Shown here: positions 50,641 to 64,000 of the stretch, piece after piece | Layout of the letters: each line of letters starts with the position of its first letter | Position numbering within the stretch: the stretch's first letter is position 1 | From: Vicugna vicugna | Lineage: Eukaryota | DNA: 64,000 nucleotides | Direction: 5' to 3' | Assembly: GCA_013265495.1 (NCBI GenBank) | Contig: MU058289.1 | Span: 2,293,451 to 2,357,450, forward strand | Made by a program: the position numbers and the translations under genes | Notes under the pieces: generated by a model | Told to the model about the DNA's origin: nothing | The model's input: only the letters and a program-made list of their open reading frames with translations | The model's database searches: none

Positions 50641-53174
50641 ACTAGAGTGAAATAGGCAATCAGGGTGCAAAAAGTGGGCTTGAGGCAGCACCTGTGGTAA
50701 GAAGACAGCGTTCGTTAGATCAAGAATAGGACTGAGGGTCTTCAAAGAAAGTCATGACTGGTGGGGCAGAGTGGGGCAGTGGGCCAATCTTGCCTTCTGG
50801 AGAACGGCTTCACTTTGAATTGACACTTTAGACGGAAAAGCGGTAAAAGCCAAGGTCAGAAATTGAACTTTTTCTTTGCACTCACTCTTCCCACTGGTAC
50901 ACCCTTCCCCCTTATAATCATTGTGTTGGCTCCTTCTTGTCATTCAAGTCTTGACTTAAATATCATCTCCCAGAGAGACCACCTCTGACCCCCTTGATTA
51001 CAAACCCCCACAGCCACTCTCATCTCCCTCGTCACTCTGATTCATGTCCTTCATGGCCTTTCTCAAAAGCTGAAATTACTTCATTTCTTTCTTTGTTTAT
51101 AGTTGATGGTTCTCTCTTCACAGAATGACAGCTCCCCAGAGGCAGGGTTGAGCCTGTCTTGCTCACCACTGTGTTCCCAGGGCTTGGCACAACACACAGC
51201 ACACAGTAGGTCCTCAAGGGATGCTTGGGTGGTGGGAAGTGACCTTCAAAACCCAGAAGGCACTGGGGGTGGACAACACCAGCCCCCGACTCCAGCCTCA
51301 GGCTGCCCCAATGACTTCCTACCCCACAGGGCTCACTCGGCCTCACACTCCCAGCTGCTCCCTGGCCCAGGCCTTGGAGGCTGGACCTCACTGACCTCAC
51401 AATTGGACCCTGGGCCCAAATCGCCCCAAGTTCAAGTCCTAGCATTGCCAGTTATTAGCTGTTGGGACCCTGAATAGACCTCTGGGTCTTGGCTTCCTCA
51501 TCTGTTAACAGGGTCTGCTTGGCAGGGGTCCTGGGAAGATTCATAGAAATAACAAGCAGATGGCTTCAGCATGGTTTGGTTCCTGATGGGCACCCCGGGG
51601 AGTGTGGGCCTTTGATCAGCCTCAAGGGGTCCAGCTGGAAGGCCGGCTGGCAGCATTTCCCAGAGGCTGTGTGCAGGGTTCCCGGTAGCCGTTGGTGGGT
51701 GACTAAGGCCCTTCCTGCCCGGGAGGATCCACCCCGACACCAGGGAAGAATGGCCGGCAGGCACCCGCGTGGCACTGGAGACCACTTCCTATTTTTATCC
51801 TACCCTGGCTGTGAACATGACTCCTACCCGAACAGGCCCCTCTGCATCCTCCACCAGGGCCTGAGCCTGGGGCTGGGAGACGGTGGCCTGCTGCTGACCA
51901 GAATGAGAGCTGGAGTCCAACCAGACTCAGGCCAGGGATGTGGGCTTCCTGAGAGAAGGTACCCCTCACCCTCGGCACCCCTGAGGACTGTATCCTACCC
52001 CAGGCCCTCTAGTAGGCTGCTGGCAATGAAGGCTTGTGGGCACTGACTGGTGCAGACAGTGGTAACCCTCGGGGGACAGTGGTGTCAGGGGGCAGTGACT
52101 GCCCAGGAGGGCTGAGGCTGCCCCAGGGAACACGCAGGAGCCGGAGCCCAGTGCTGGCTCCTTTTGCAACCCTGTCGCTGCCATTCTGGGCCCCGGCCAG
52201 GGAAGGGTGGCAGCCTTGACACTTCTGGCAAATCCCACTGCCCACCACGCCTGACTTCTGGGAGGAGCCCCACCAGGACTGGCAAATCCCATTCCTCCCA
52301 GGAGCCCCCCTCACACGGGCCCCACTCACCCTCAGCACCCCACCCCCTCCACTCCTCCACAAACGGCCCAGGAGCGCCTTGGGCACTTTACGGCAGAAGA
52401 ATCCGGCTCCAGTGGTGGAATGTCAGGCCGACGCAGTGGGTCAGAGGTGTCTGAGGCCCTGCCTGCTCCTCACGAAGGGACCTCTGCTCCAACCAGCTCA
52501 GAGTCACGGAACCGAGGCTGGCCTGCCCCGGGATCTGGGGAAGGAAGGCCTTGTGCTCTGTAGCGGATGGTGGGTCTTGGCCCAGGCCATGAGTGACCCA
52601 TGTGGGCCAAGCCCCTTGTTCTGGGCACAAGATGTAGGGAAGCCTCCATCAGAACACCTGTGTTCCAAGCCAGGAGGGCAGCAGGGTGGGGGCCCAGCAG
52701 GCCAGGCTGTCTCAGCTCTGGAGCGGTGGGTGGAGAATCAAAGACCAGGGCTTCTTGCGCCCACACATACCCCGGGAGGGTGGAAGGAGGCATTCGGCCT
52801 GGAAGCGGTCCCAAGGAGGTGACAGATCCCACCCTAAGGATGCAGGGCGTGCAGGGACATCCCTCCCACCTCAGGCCTCAGCATCCAACCCCTCCACCCT
52901 AGAGCGCACCCAAAGCCCCTCACAAGTCCCTGCCCCGCAGGATGTGCCCCTGGAAGCCCTGGCTTCCCCTCTGAATTTCTCCCATCAGGCATTCGGCCGA
53001 GGACACCCAGCTCTCCCCTGAGCTCTGGCTTCTGCCAAGTGGAGGCTGAGGAACCTCTGGGGGGGGGGGGGCTGTGTGGCCCCAGGGCTCCTGCAGGGTG
53101 ACTTGTCTGGCCCTGTGAGTCTGTGCGCATGGTGGGGCTGGACGTGTGGCAAATGGGGGCAGGGTCAAAGCATG

Positions 53175-53345
53175 GTCTGTGTGTGTCTATGGGCTGTATC
53201 ACTGTGTGGGGTGTGGGGTCTAGGCTATATCAGGTATGAGAGGGTCTGTGTGTGGTGTGGGGGTCTGTGTATTTTGTGTTGGGGTCTGTGTGTAGGGGGT
53301 GGTGTGTGTGTAGTGGGGAGTCTGTGTGTGGTGTGTGCATGTGTC
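53175..53345. repeat. GT-rich degenerate repeat (gggtctgtgtg units)
   Basis: Recurring ggtctgtgtg units with (TG)n. Confidence 0.85.
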
Positions 53346-56254
53346 AGAGTGAGGCTGACCACTTGGCTGTAGACACTCCACAGAGTGCAGGAGGAGCCCC
53401 AGATGGCTAGAATTAGGGAGAACCTGGATTCTCTGGTGCGGCCACCTCCTGGGGGTGCAGTGCAGGATGGGCACGCCTCAGGCACCAGGATTCTGGCACT
53501 TTCTGAACCCACCCGTCTCCCTCCCTCCAGATGTTGCCCAAAGCCCTAGGGCCCTGGCAAGCCTAGGGGAGTTTCCCCTCTCTGGCCCAGACCCACACAG
53601 CCCATGTGCCAACCAGAGACTGGTGGGGTTCTCTCTGCTCCCACAGCAGGACTTCCTACTTGTGGCCTGGGATTCCCAGCCTGGGGTTCAAGTCCAGCTC
53701 CATCCCCTGGGTTGGGTAACCAGACACCAGGCTTAGCCCAAGGCTGGCAGAGACAGGTCACCCAGCACATGTCACTAGTGTCTCTGTTCCCCCCGCTACT
53801 TCCTCCAGTCCAGGACCCCATGGCTGGGTTGAGGCAGGCACTTCCCACCCGACTGGTCCAGGCCCCCAGCCAAGAGGAAACTGGGGGGCAGAGTGGCCAA
53901 TGCACGTGTGGAAACTGGACCTCAGATGCTATAGTGGGGCCTCCTGGACACCTGCCCCAGCCCTGCCTGCTGACCTCAGGGCTTGCTGCCCACACACTGC
54001 CCAGCCTGGGCCTGCACACCCCGTCTTCAGCCCCAGGCCTGGCCTGGCCCAGCCCTCCTGGCACCTGAGAATGCCCCAGGGTGGCAACCCTGGAGCCAGA
54101 CCCACCTGAGCCCACTTCCTGGCTGCTCCTCCTACCTGCCTCTCTGAGCCTGTTTCCTGGTCCCCACCCACCTTAAACTGCCCTCAGCTGCATCTCCCAT
54201 CTTCGGGGGCAGCCCCTAGTCATCCTCTGTTCCTCTCCCCACTTTCTTTCCTCCTCACTCTCCCCTTCTCTCCTTCTTCTCCTGGGGGCAGTCTCATTGC
54301 TAGACTTTCTGAGCCATTGCCCCTCCCACTATAGCAGACCCAGACAGACCCAGGTCAGAGGGCTGCTGGGCCCCGTGGCCCTCAGGACACACATATGGGG
54401 GAGGGGTTTACCTCTTAGAATCAGGAGCCAGTATGGAGACACTCCAGGTGCAAAGAAAGGTAAGGAGGTAAGGGTCAAATGGTGAGTGACTGGCAGGTTC
54501 TGTGGTCCCAGCCAGACCCTCTGGGGGCAGTCTTGGGATAGTGGTGTCCACCTGGGAGCCCAGGACTTCCCAACTTGCATTCCAGGGTGGCTCAGAGGAT
54601 AGGACTCCCAGGGTCCAGAGGAGATTTTGTTGGGACAATGGGGCAAATAGCCCCCAGGCTGGAGCAGGCCAAGCGGGTAGGACAGGGTGGCCAGAGTTGT
54701 GACTCTTGAGCCAAAGGGGACAGGACCCAGGTAGCACGATAGGGGCCTTTGACAGCCTCTTCCTCGCTCTCAGCTCTGGGCTGGGGGGACAGCTGCAGGG
54801 AGGTGACCTGCTGGGTGGGGAAGTCAGGTCCCTCCATCCCCTGGAGGTCTGCAAGCAGTGCCCTGGCCATGGAGCCAACGTGGGCTGCAAGCCATCCCTG
54901 GCTGCACCCCTCCTGTCCCAGGGCCCTTCTCAGCCAGGACCGTGCTGAAGGGAGGGGTTCTGAGCCCCAGCTGCAGGGCCTGGTGCATGCAGTTTGCAGG
55001 GGGCAGGGAGGCGGGCGTCTTAGAAGGCTTCAGACAGGAGATTGGAAGCCCAGGGCCCTTCCCTGACGGCTGGACCTCCAAGGTCCCTGGGCCCCAGAAG
55101 AGCCACAGATCCTTCATTCACAGCCCATGGCTGGTCAGCGTATGCAGCTCCAGGGCCCAGCCCCTTGCCCTGCCCGGCAGGGCCCCCTCACAGAGCCAGC
55201 CCCGCCCTGCCCCAGGCCCGCAGCTGACTGCAACCCTGAGTGTGGACTGAAGGGAAGAGGCTGGGCCATGGAGACTGATGGCCTCACACTCCCTCCCCTC
55301 ACAGCCTGGGCTGGAGCCAGGGGTCGCCCCTCATCCACCCCAGAGACCAGGGCAAGGATTGGTGGAAAGGCCGAGAGGTTCAGGGGTCACAGTGCATGGC
55401 TGGGTCGGAGGTCAAAGATTTGCTGACAGCAGCCTTGGAGGTATTGATCGGGTGGGGGAGGTGACAGAACCCTGTCCCCTGCCAAGGGCTATGGGCATGG
55501 ATGGATTGGTCAGCAAACTGGACTCAGCAGAGCAGACTCTTTGGGATGAGGGGCCGGGGGCTACAGAGCCCCCATCATGGCACCAGGTCCCTCGACAGGC
55601 AGGGGACCAATTGTCATACCACAAGTGACTTCAGTTATCGTCCTTGGGCTGATGGTCCAGCATGCCTGGGCCTGTGTGGCCAGGGGACAAGAGGGACCTG
55701 GTGGTGGCGAGCTTCAGCCCCCGAAGACTTCACAGGTCTGGGATGACAGGCTTGGCAGGGCTCAGAACTGGAGGGGTCAATAAAGCCAACGTCCTGTCCT
55801 AGAGAATGGCAGGCTGAGGGCCGCTGGCTTCCTGGGGGAGGGGGCACAGCTTCAGTGAACCGCAAAGGCCTCCCCCAGGCTCACCTGCTCACTCCAGAGT
55901 CAGGCAGCCCCCTACCTCAGGTCCTAGCCCCAGCTGGCTTCTACAGGACACAGGCACAGTTCCAGCTCCCTCCCACCCCAGGAAGATGTAGCGCGTCCAC
56001 CCCACTCGCATCCCCAGCCTCTGACCAGAGCCCTTCCAGAGGCGGCCGGACACTCCAGCTGCCCCTAAATCCTCCTGCACATACACATACACCCACCAGT
56101 CCAGGCTGGGACGAGGCTGGCCTGGAGGGAGGAGCCGCCATGACCAAGAGGATGGAGAAGGGACACCTTCCCCAATCGAACTCACCCCAAACAGGTTGGA
56201 CCCAAGCGTATTTCTCCATCCATCCTTGAGGCTGCCTGGGGAGGGAGAGGAAAG

Positions 56255-56452
56255 AGCATGTGTGCCTGTGTATTCATATGTGTGTACATCCATGTGCTTG
56301 TTGGTATGTGTGTGCATGTTATTTGTATGTTTATGTGCGCTGGGCACACGTGTGAACATGTGATTGTGGGCATGTGTGAACTGTGTGATTATGCGCACAT
56401 ATGGGAGCATTGTGTGCGTGCGTGTGCCCCTGTGCGTGTACTCACATGTGTT
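56255..56452. repeat. Degenerate (TG)n/ATGTG tract
   Basis: About 200 bp of alternating purine-pyrimidine TG-rich sequence. Confidence 0.85.
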
Positions 56453-57964
56453 TGGCTCAGGCTTGAGGCTGAGCTGGCCCCTTTCCAGGCGCTGACTGCA
56501 GAGACACTCCAGCTGTCCCTTGGAATGGCTTGATCCGGGCTTAGCCAGAAACTTTTACCAGTCCCTATGGCCCTGGCCCTGGCCCTGGCCCTGGCAGCTG
56601 TCCTGGAGCTGAGGGCTTCTGATCAGCCCCGGCCAAACTGGCAGCATGGCCAGAGGGCAGTTCTGTCCACTGGGAAGTCATGTGGTGGCCCCTGGCTCAA
56701 AGCATACCTAGGTTTGAGGTCACTAGCACTGAGGCAGAGGCACGTGGCCCACTGGTGTCTGGAGCACTCCTTAATGTCACCAGGGCCTGGTGGGGTGTGT
56801 GGCGTGGGGTGGGTGGGGAAGTGTCTCCTCAAAAGCAGTGACCCCTGCTGGGAACAGCAGGTACTGCAGACTGGCTCTACAAGCCATTGTTAGGGAAAGG
56901 GGTCCCCTTCACTGCCATGGGATTGCTCCCTGAAGTGAGCAGTGGGTTGAGATGTATGGTTTTCAAACTCTGCTCCAAAGAACCCTGGGGTTCCTTCAGG
57001 TCTATCCAAGGGCTCCCCAAAGTTGATGTTCCCAGCTCCCCCACCTTCTTCCTCAAAAGAGCATTGCTTTTAAGTATTGGGCTTTTGAAGACGTTTCTCC
57101 AAAAATATTTTACATCTCCAGGCTAGTTTTGACCTTTTAGCTCAAGGAGTCTACTTATGAGTGTGTCTCAGTCAGATCTGCTTTTAGGACAATTCATTGG
57201 GCTTTAACCCCATCATCTCCTGCCAGGAGAACAATATTACTTTAGGTTGGGTTCTGATATAAATACCTCTTGGAAATCAGAAGAGGCAATGAGGAGAGAG
57301 CTAGGCAGCCTTAGGGGACCCCTGGGGCCCAGCCTTCTGGTGATGGCTGACCTCATGCCCTCCAGTAAAAGGGCATGTATGTAGGGGGCCCCCAGGGGAG
57401 GTGCTGCCTCACCACTCCAGCCTGGACACAAGGAAACCCTGGTAACAGGGTGTCTCCACCTAACAGCCCACCGGCTCCTCCCCCTGGGGGGGCGGGCAGA
57501 ACCATCACAGCTGGTCTCTCCCTGATGTGTGGCTTCCTGCATCTTCCTGCACGACCTCGGTGCCTGCACATAACACACGGGCACACCACGACGCCTGCAT
57601 CCCACACCTTGCTGTGTTTGCCTGAAGCCATAAAATGTGATTTGCTGGACGTAAAACACAGTTCACTAGGGCATAAGATGGGCCAGCAGGGCCATGGGTG
57701 GTGACTCTGCCACCCTGGCCCCAGCCTGGCCCACCACTTCCAGAATAGATTGGCCCTAGGAAGTTCCCTGGAGGGGGCCATCTCCAGGGGATGTGGCAGG
57801 ATCCACAACAGACCAAGCAGAGCACAACTAAGTCTGGGAACCTCTGGGATAGGCACACCTTGTTTAGTCCTGTGGTTCTGCTCCAGAGGGATGGAGGCTA
57901 AAGCCCAAGGATGGTCCTGTGGTGGCCAGATGAGGTCAGGAGGGATGGGGACAGCCTTTGCCCA

Positions 57965-58520
57965 CTCATTCCCATTCATTCATTCATTCATTCGACAAGT
58001 GTTCATTGCTATGTGCTGGCACTGGGTGAGGTGGGGTGAGTGCTTCAGTAAACAAAACAGACCACTCAGCTCTGGTCTAGTGTGGGCAGTAGGGGAGACA
58101 GCAATAAAACTAAATAAGTAAAATATACAGAATTTCAAAAGGTGGTCAAGGAGAAAAGCAGCACAAAGTAGAGATAAAGTATGGAGGTAGGAGGCGCGAT
58201 TTGCAATGAAATAGTCAGAGACTGGCTTCCTGAGAAGGTGACATTTGAGCAGCCCTGGGGGAGGTGAGGAAAGGGGCTCTAAGGATGTCTGGGAAGAGCA
58301 ATCCAGGCAGAGGGAACAACAATTCCAGAGGCCCCAAGGCAGAAGTGTGCCGCTTAAGGAGCAGTGTGGCTGGAGCCAAGAGGGTGACAAGGAGAACCGT
58401 GGATGAGGGGAGCACAGAGGACGCATAGAAGGTCATTGCCGTCCGCAGGTCTCTGGGTTTACTCTGAAGGGTGCAGAGGCACTATAGGGTGCTGAGCAGT
58501 GGAGAGACTCCAGACAGGAA
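57965..58520 (-). mobile_element. LINE-2 3' remnant
   Basis: (TTCA)n end, ggcttcctgagaaggtgacatttgagc, tccaggcagagggaaca. Confidence 0.75.
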
Positions 58521-58969
58521 CTCTGCTGCCATCCTCTCTGCCCTATCCACTCTGACTTTGCTCCCAGCCAAGAAGACCCTATCCAGGAGCCTATCCAGGT
58601 GCTGAGACAGGCCAGCCCTGCCCTGCCGTGGGGAGACCTCGACCAGCTGGGAAGGGCCCTCTGGGGTTTTATCTGCTTCTCAGCGCACAAAGATATGAGA
58701 CCTGGGTCCTGCTGGATGCACCACAAGCTGTGACATCCACTCCTCATCAGCCACTGCCCGCCCCAGATGGGACCAGCCCTTCAGCCACATCCCAGCAGGA
58801 AGTCTCCACTGCTCTACAGAGGAGATGGCCCTGAGGACCTCTCCACATCAAGTGTCTTTGGAGAGAAGAGGGCAACATGGCAAAAGGCCCTTTGTAGTCT
58901 CCTTTTTCTCCCACCCTCCAACCTCCATCACTGAACCCCATCCACACAGGCCTCCGTGTTTCACTAATA

Positions 58970-59320
58970 ACAGTTTCAAGCTTGTTCCAGCCTCAGGGCC
59001 TTTGCACATACTGTTCCAGCTGCCCTGAATGTTCTGCCCTCCGGTGTTCACGTGACTGATTCTCCTGATTACCAACTCACAAAAGCCCTCCCTGGGGACC
59101 TTCCAAAGCAGCCATCCCCTTGGCCCTGCTAGTGCCTCCATGATTGATTTCCTGTGTGAGAGTGTCCCCATCACAAACTCTCTGGTTCATTCACTGGCAA
59201 CTTTAGCATTCCACAGCAGGCAATCTCTCTGGGGTGGAGTCCAGTTGTCTTGTTTGTGGCTGGATCCCCATTGCCTAGCACACGGTAGGTCCTTGCTGAG
59301 CATTGCACAAATGAGTTCAT
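58970..59320 (+). mobile_element. LINE-2 3' remnant
   Basis: cagggcctttgcacatactgttcc...cctagcacacggtaggt. Confidence 0.65.
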
Positions 59321-62265
59321 GGCAAGAAAGGGGGGACTAGGCCTAAGGAGGCAGGGGAAAGGCTGAAGAAGGCCCAAAGGGGCCAGAGTGGGGCTGTGGG
59401 AATCTAACTGCTGAGCTGGACCTGCATGGGGACGTGGTGGTGAGGATGGGGTGGGGGTGGGGGGGACAGGTATAAGTGGGACTCTGCCCTTCTCCGTCAC
59501 CTGGCAGGCAGGCGGACGCATAAAGTACTCGCCTGGAGGTGCCAGCAGGAAGGGCTCCCAGCCTCCAACCCCCGCAGCAAGGCATCTGGGCCAGGGAGGA
59601 GCCAGGTGGCCAGGAGCTGGTGCTGCTTCCCCACCATTCACAAGCTCTCTCCTCAGCCTTGGATCTGTGTGGGCAGGAGGTGGGGACAGGGTAACCTCCA
59701 TTGAGATTATCTTCTCCTGGACGGGGCAATGCCACCCCACAGGCCAGACATGGCTAGTGGATGGTCAGATGCCAGGGAGCTCCTCCTGCCCGTGGGAGGG
59801 GGCAAACCTGGGGGGACAAAAGGCTCTGGTCCCTCACCTGGGGCCCTTCTTCTGTCCTGTGGGCTCCTGGTGACACCTAGTGGCCAGCAGTCCTGATGTG
59901 CTGCTCCCCCTATTCCCTGAACTCTGCTGGGGGATGTCCCAGTTAGCAAGGGCACCCTGTCCTCCATCTCACCCACTCACATTCTCATGCTTCCCGTCTC
60001 CCACACTAGCTCTCGGGGCCACACCCACACGCTCACTCTCACACCCCCTCTCAAGGCTCAGCCCTCCCACACACACTCGCAGAGCCACATGGGGCCCATG
60101 TGGTTTCCCTGGGCCATGTAGGCAAAGGGTCTTCTCTGGTTCCCCACCCACACCCACCCACACCCACCTCTGGCTGCCCATGACCAGATCGTGCCGTCTG
60201 GTGATGGAAGCCCAGAGGGAAGGCTGTAATGACACTGCGGGCTCCCTGCCCACCCCTTCCCGCTGGGCTCCCCAGATGCTGCTGATAAAAACAAACCAGG
60301 GCAGGGGCACAAGACCAAGGCCGAGAACAAGCAAGAATCCAGGAGGTCGCCATCCTGACCAGAAGCCCAGGAAGAACCAGCCCGTGGGCAAGGCCTGCAT
60401 GGAGGAAGGTGGCGACCGTTGAGGACATTGGGCGGGGTAAAGGGCCCTGGGAGCCAGGCCAGGCCCAGGAGTGGGCACGTCCACATTGGCCAAGAGCAAC
60501 CTTGGCTGAGCCAGGGCTGGGCTGCCTGCGTCACTGAGAACAGCCTGAGGAACTAGGGGAAAGGCCTGGTGTGCGGGGTGCCCGGACCCTGCCAACTGAG
60601 GCATGGGACCTGTGTGGTCAGCAGCACAGGGCAGGGCCTGGGGCTGGGACCCCCGACCCTGTGGGCCCAGAGGGACCAATTTCAGGTATTCCACCAGCCT
60701 TCTCCAGTCACCACCAGGAGAGGAGGGCAAAGGTCTCCTTCCCATTTCCCAGTTGGGAGCACTGAGGCCTGGCACGAACTGACAGGGACAGGAGTTGCTG
60801 TGCCTCACTTTCTAGGCTGCAGGGCTTCAGGGCCTCCTGGTACTCAGGCGTCCCTCACCTCTGTGCACTCAGCTCTGCCAGCTTGGAGATGGCCTCACCC
60901 ACCAGCACACCCCCTCTCCAAACCCCCCTCCCCCTGGCCTCCAGCCCCGACATGGCACAGAGGAGGTACCCCAGAAGCCAGGGCACCCACAGGACAGGAT
61001 GGTGTCTCTGCCAAGGGCGGAGGGGTGGCCAGGTAGAGGCAGCTGCAGCCTTTCCCTGCCCTGCCCTGCCCACAGCCCTCGCCTGTTGCCTGACACGAAC
61101 CTTGGTCGGGGACAGGCAGGCTTCGGGGGAGATGGAGAGTACGGTGAAGGCCTGCCCAGATGCCCCTGGCTGCTCCCACGCCCAGTGCTCATGCCCCAGG
61201 GGCACCTTAGGAGCTGGGAGCTCAGGCTCCTCAAGGCGTAGATGCCAGGAGCTGGACTGGAGGCTCGCCCCCACTGCCTCCCCAGTGCTCTCCCTCAGCC
61301 CCGCTCCACTGTGGACTGGAGCAGGCCTTCTCCAGTACACATTTTTGAATGGAGACATTCCGATGTCCACTGAAGCCTCCCCCCGCCCCCACTTCCCACA
61401 ATCCCATGGGAGAAGGAGGCGGAAGCTCTGGGCAGGGAGGCGCGTCTCCGGTTCCCTCCCAAGTCGCTCCTTTCCAGGGCTGTCACCCACTGGCGTCTCA
61501 GGCCTGCCCCTCAGCATGCACCTCCTCCAGTCTGTGAGGGCCACTGGAGGCCTCCGTGGATGAAAGCAGAATTGAACTGTGTCACAGTTTCAGCCACGCC
61601 ACCTTCTTGGAGCCAGACTCTGACGACACGGGGTTGGGGCAGGGGCAGGTGAGAAACGTGTGATGGGTGGATGGGTGGCGACTGGGACTCCCGCGAGGAA
61701 ATGCTGGCCCAGCCCCTGCAGGAGAGGGGGCACTCCGGGAGGGCTCCCCGAAGAAGGCACCTGGGCTGAGAAGGCTCCTCCAGACCAACGACTCCGACGG
61801 AGTTCCAGGGTTACACAGAGGAAAAGGCACTGAGAAGGATTAGACCCCAAGCTGCTGGAAGAGGCCCCAGGAAGCAGGGGCAAGGCGGGCAAGACTGGAG
61901 CATGGAGGCCACGGGGGCCATGGCGGGGGTGGGCCAGATGTCCCTGCAGGGACAGGGGAAGCAGTGGTGACTGGGCCCAATGGATAAATCAGGACACAGG
62001 TCTCACAGTGTGTGCAGGGAAGGGGAAAGGGCTTCTCAGCCTGGCTGCCCCCCAAATCAAAGAACCAGGTGGGTGAGAGGCTCTCACGGTGGCTCTGCTT
62101 CTCCCAAGGGGTATGTGAGAAACGGAGAGGGAAACTTGGGAGCTGTGGTAATGGGGAAGCTATAGATTCTGCCAGTGGGGGCCTGGAGATGGGGGCAGTC
62201 TCTCCCAGCAGTAAGTCATCCTGTACAGACACAGTGTCTGAATATTCTGGACACTCGGATAGGTG

Positions 62266-62442
62266 AGCAGTTCCCAATCAGGGGTGATTTTGCACCCTCG
62301 GGGGACCTTTGGCAATGTCTGGAGACATTCTGATCATCCCCACCTGGAGCAGGAGTGCTGCTGACATCTAGGGGGTAGAGGCCAAGGATGCTGCCCCCCA
62401 GTGCACAACAGCATGTTGGCAGCACTGAGGCTCAGGGATCCC
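62266..62442 (+). mobile_element. MER20 hAT DNA transposon (internally deleted)
   Basis: ggggtgattttgcaccc...tttggcaatgtctggagacatt...gacatctagggggtagaggccaaggatgctgc. Confidence 0.85.
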
Positions 62443-63534
62443 GGCGAAGGTGAAAACCCTGTTGGTAATGATCAGACTCTGGAACCTGCTTTTGTGTTTG
62501 CCTGGTTTCCAAATACAGAATTTCCTGGGGATGCAACAAGCATGAAAAGCTAGGGAAAATGGAACCTTGTTTCGTTTGGATGTTTACCCAGTTGTTTGCC
62601 ATTTTGGAAAACCATGTCCCTAAGCCGTGGCCCAGGCAGCCATCTAAGCCTGGAAGGATGCTCCGACCCCGGTCTGCATCTGCAGCAGTTACAACCCCAA
62701 CGATTCTGCACAACCGGCATCTGAGTCCTCTGCAGATCAGACACAAGCATTTTTCAAATCGAACACACATTATGAAGTTATAAATCCCTTTTATTTCTCA
62801 TTTGTTTCAAAGTTAGGATATTCGATTGATTTTTTTTTTAATTATGACTGCAGGTTCTATTCTCTATGAATGTTATTCTGGTGTGGCAAGCAGACATTGT
62901 GAGATTCTTTATATAAGGGGCAATGAATCTGAATGGATTGACCAGATGTAGGTGCTCACAGGAGGTGGGGAGTAGGAAGGAGACAAGGAGGGTTCTTGCC
63001 TGAGCAGCAGCAGGTGAGGGTGCCCCCTGGATAAGGGTGGTAGGGGGGCCTGGCCCTGAAGGAAAATCCATCGGCTTGAGGGGAGCTGGGTCTTTGGGTG
63101 GGCAGAGAGGAGTGGAGACTGCAGACAAATCACTGAATGTGGGAAGGGAGCCCTGGAGGGAGCCCCAGGGGCACTGCGGGGGCAGGTGGAGGACAAGGGC
63201 CATGCCAAGTCCAGCACAGGGATCTGTGAGCAGCTCCTTGAAGGAGGTATGAGCGGTTCCGGGTCACGGTGCAGGCACAGTAGGGGCCAAACGTCCCTTC
63301 AAGACCATAGGCAGCTCTGAGAAGAAATCATCTGGCCCTGTTTGAACCCACAAGGCTGGCCATGTCAGGCCATCAGCAGACCAGGGTCCCTGCCCATCAA
63401 ACCGACAGGCGGAGCTGACTACCAGGAAGGACCCTGGGGTAGGATGGAGGAGAGGAGCCCCAGGACCAGGAGGCCCATGCCTCCCAGAGGTTGCTCTTTC
63501 CGGATCTGAATATCCCAGCTCCCCACGCATCAGC

Positions 63535-63610
63535 TATATGACCTTGGGCTGATTATTTGTACCCAGTGCCTCAGCCTTTCCACCTTTGAAATGGGAAGAT
63601 AACAGTACCG
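63535..63610 (+). mobile_element. MIR SINE fragment
   Basis: tgaccttgggc...tgcctcagcctttccacctttgaaatggg...aacagtacc. Confidence 0.6.
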
Positions 63611-64000
63611 GCTCTCCTCCTATCTCCCCGAGACAATGCCCTAATCCTATCCCAAGGCCTGGCCAAGCCAGGACCTCCCCCCCCCCCGGGCAGGACCCAA
63701 CCTTAGCCAGGCTGATCCGTGTCCCCGCCCATAGGCAGCCTGGGGCCAGCTGAGGCCCTAAGAACGGTCACCTCACATGTCTTCCTCCTGTAAGATGGGC
63801 CCAAGAGAACGTGCCATCTTCCTCTGAAGAAAGAGTTCCCACAGATGTTGCTCCTGAGGCCCTTGGTGATGGTGCTGAGTGGGGCCCAGGCCACACAGAG
63901 AGGCTGGTGTCTTGTGTCCAGGAGGGTGACCAGGGGCCAAGGGTGGGGAGACCCCTCTGACATTGAGACAGCTCCTTTCCAGATCCTTCTGAGGGCACCT

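Noticed and set aside
59969..61563. Long overlapping ORFs (279, 226, 229 aa) and similar ones at 5533-6213 and 37678-38421
   Set aside because: Pro/Gly/Ala/Trp-rich products typical of stop-poor GC-rich non-coding DNA; no domains, and no resemblance to neighbours SLC7A10 or CEBPG.

Overview
Mammalian genomic DNA, almost certainly camelid (three copies of a tRNA-derived SINE of the camelid Vic-1 type). It carries one protein-coding gene, the intronless CEBPA (C/EBP alpha, 12421-13497, + strand, 358 aa), inside a CpG island. Its known translational-control architecture is visible: TATA/Inr promoter, upstream CUG extension, 5-codon uORF with a 7-nt C-rich spacer, internal p30 AUG, miRNA-site-rich 3'UTR and poly(A) signal. 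The other ~60 kb is non-coding. It holds old repeats (L1, L2, MIR, MaLR/ERVL LTRs, MER20, MER58) interleaved with short motif-dense unique segments that look like the CEBPA enhancer series, including a good candidate ortholog of the myeloid mouse +37 / human +42 kb enhancer (~47.95-48.22 kb) and of the HOX-bound +8/+9 kb enhancer (~19.5-20.0 kb). I found no convincing new gene or new biological system. The best leads are lineage-specific changes in known regulatory elements: promoter E-box CACGTG to CACATG, loss of the Ser248-equivalent phosphosite, an altered nucleolar-localisation arginine cluster and a shortened GGC element. Comparisons with human/rodent sequences and repeat consensuses are from memory and need alignment. 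Repeat boundaries are approximate unless target-site duplications are given.
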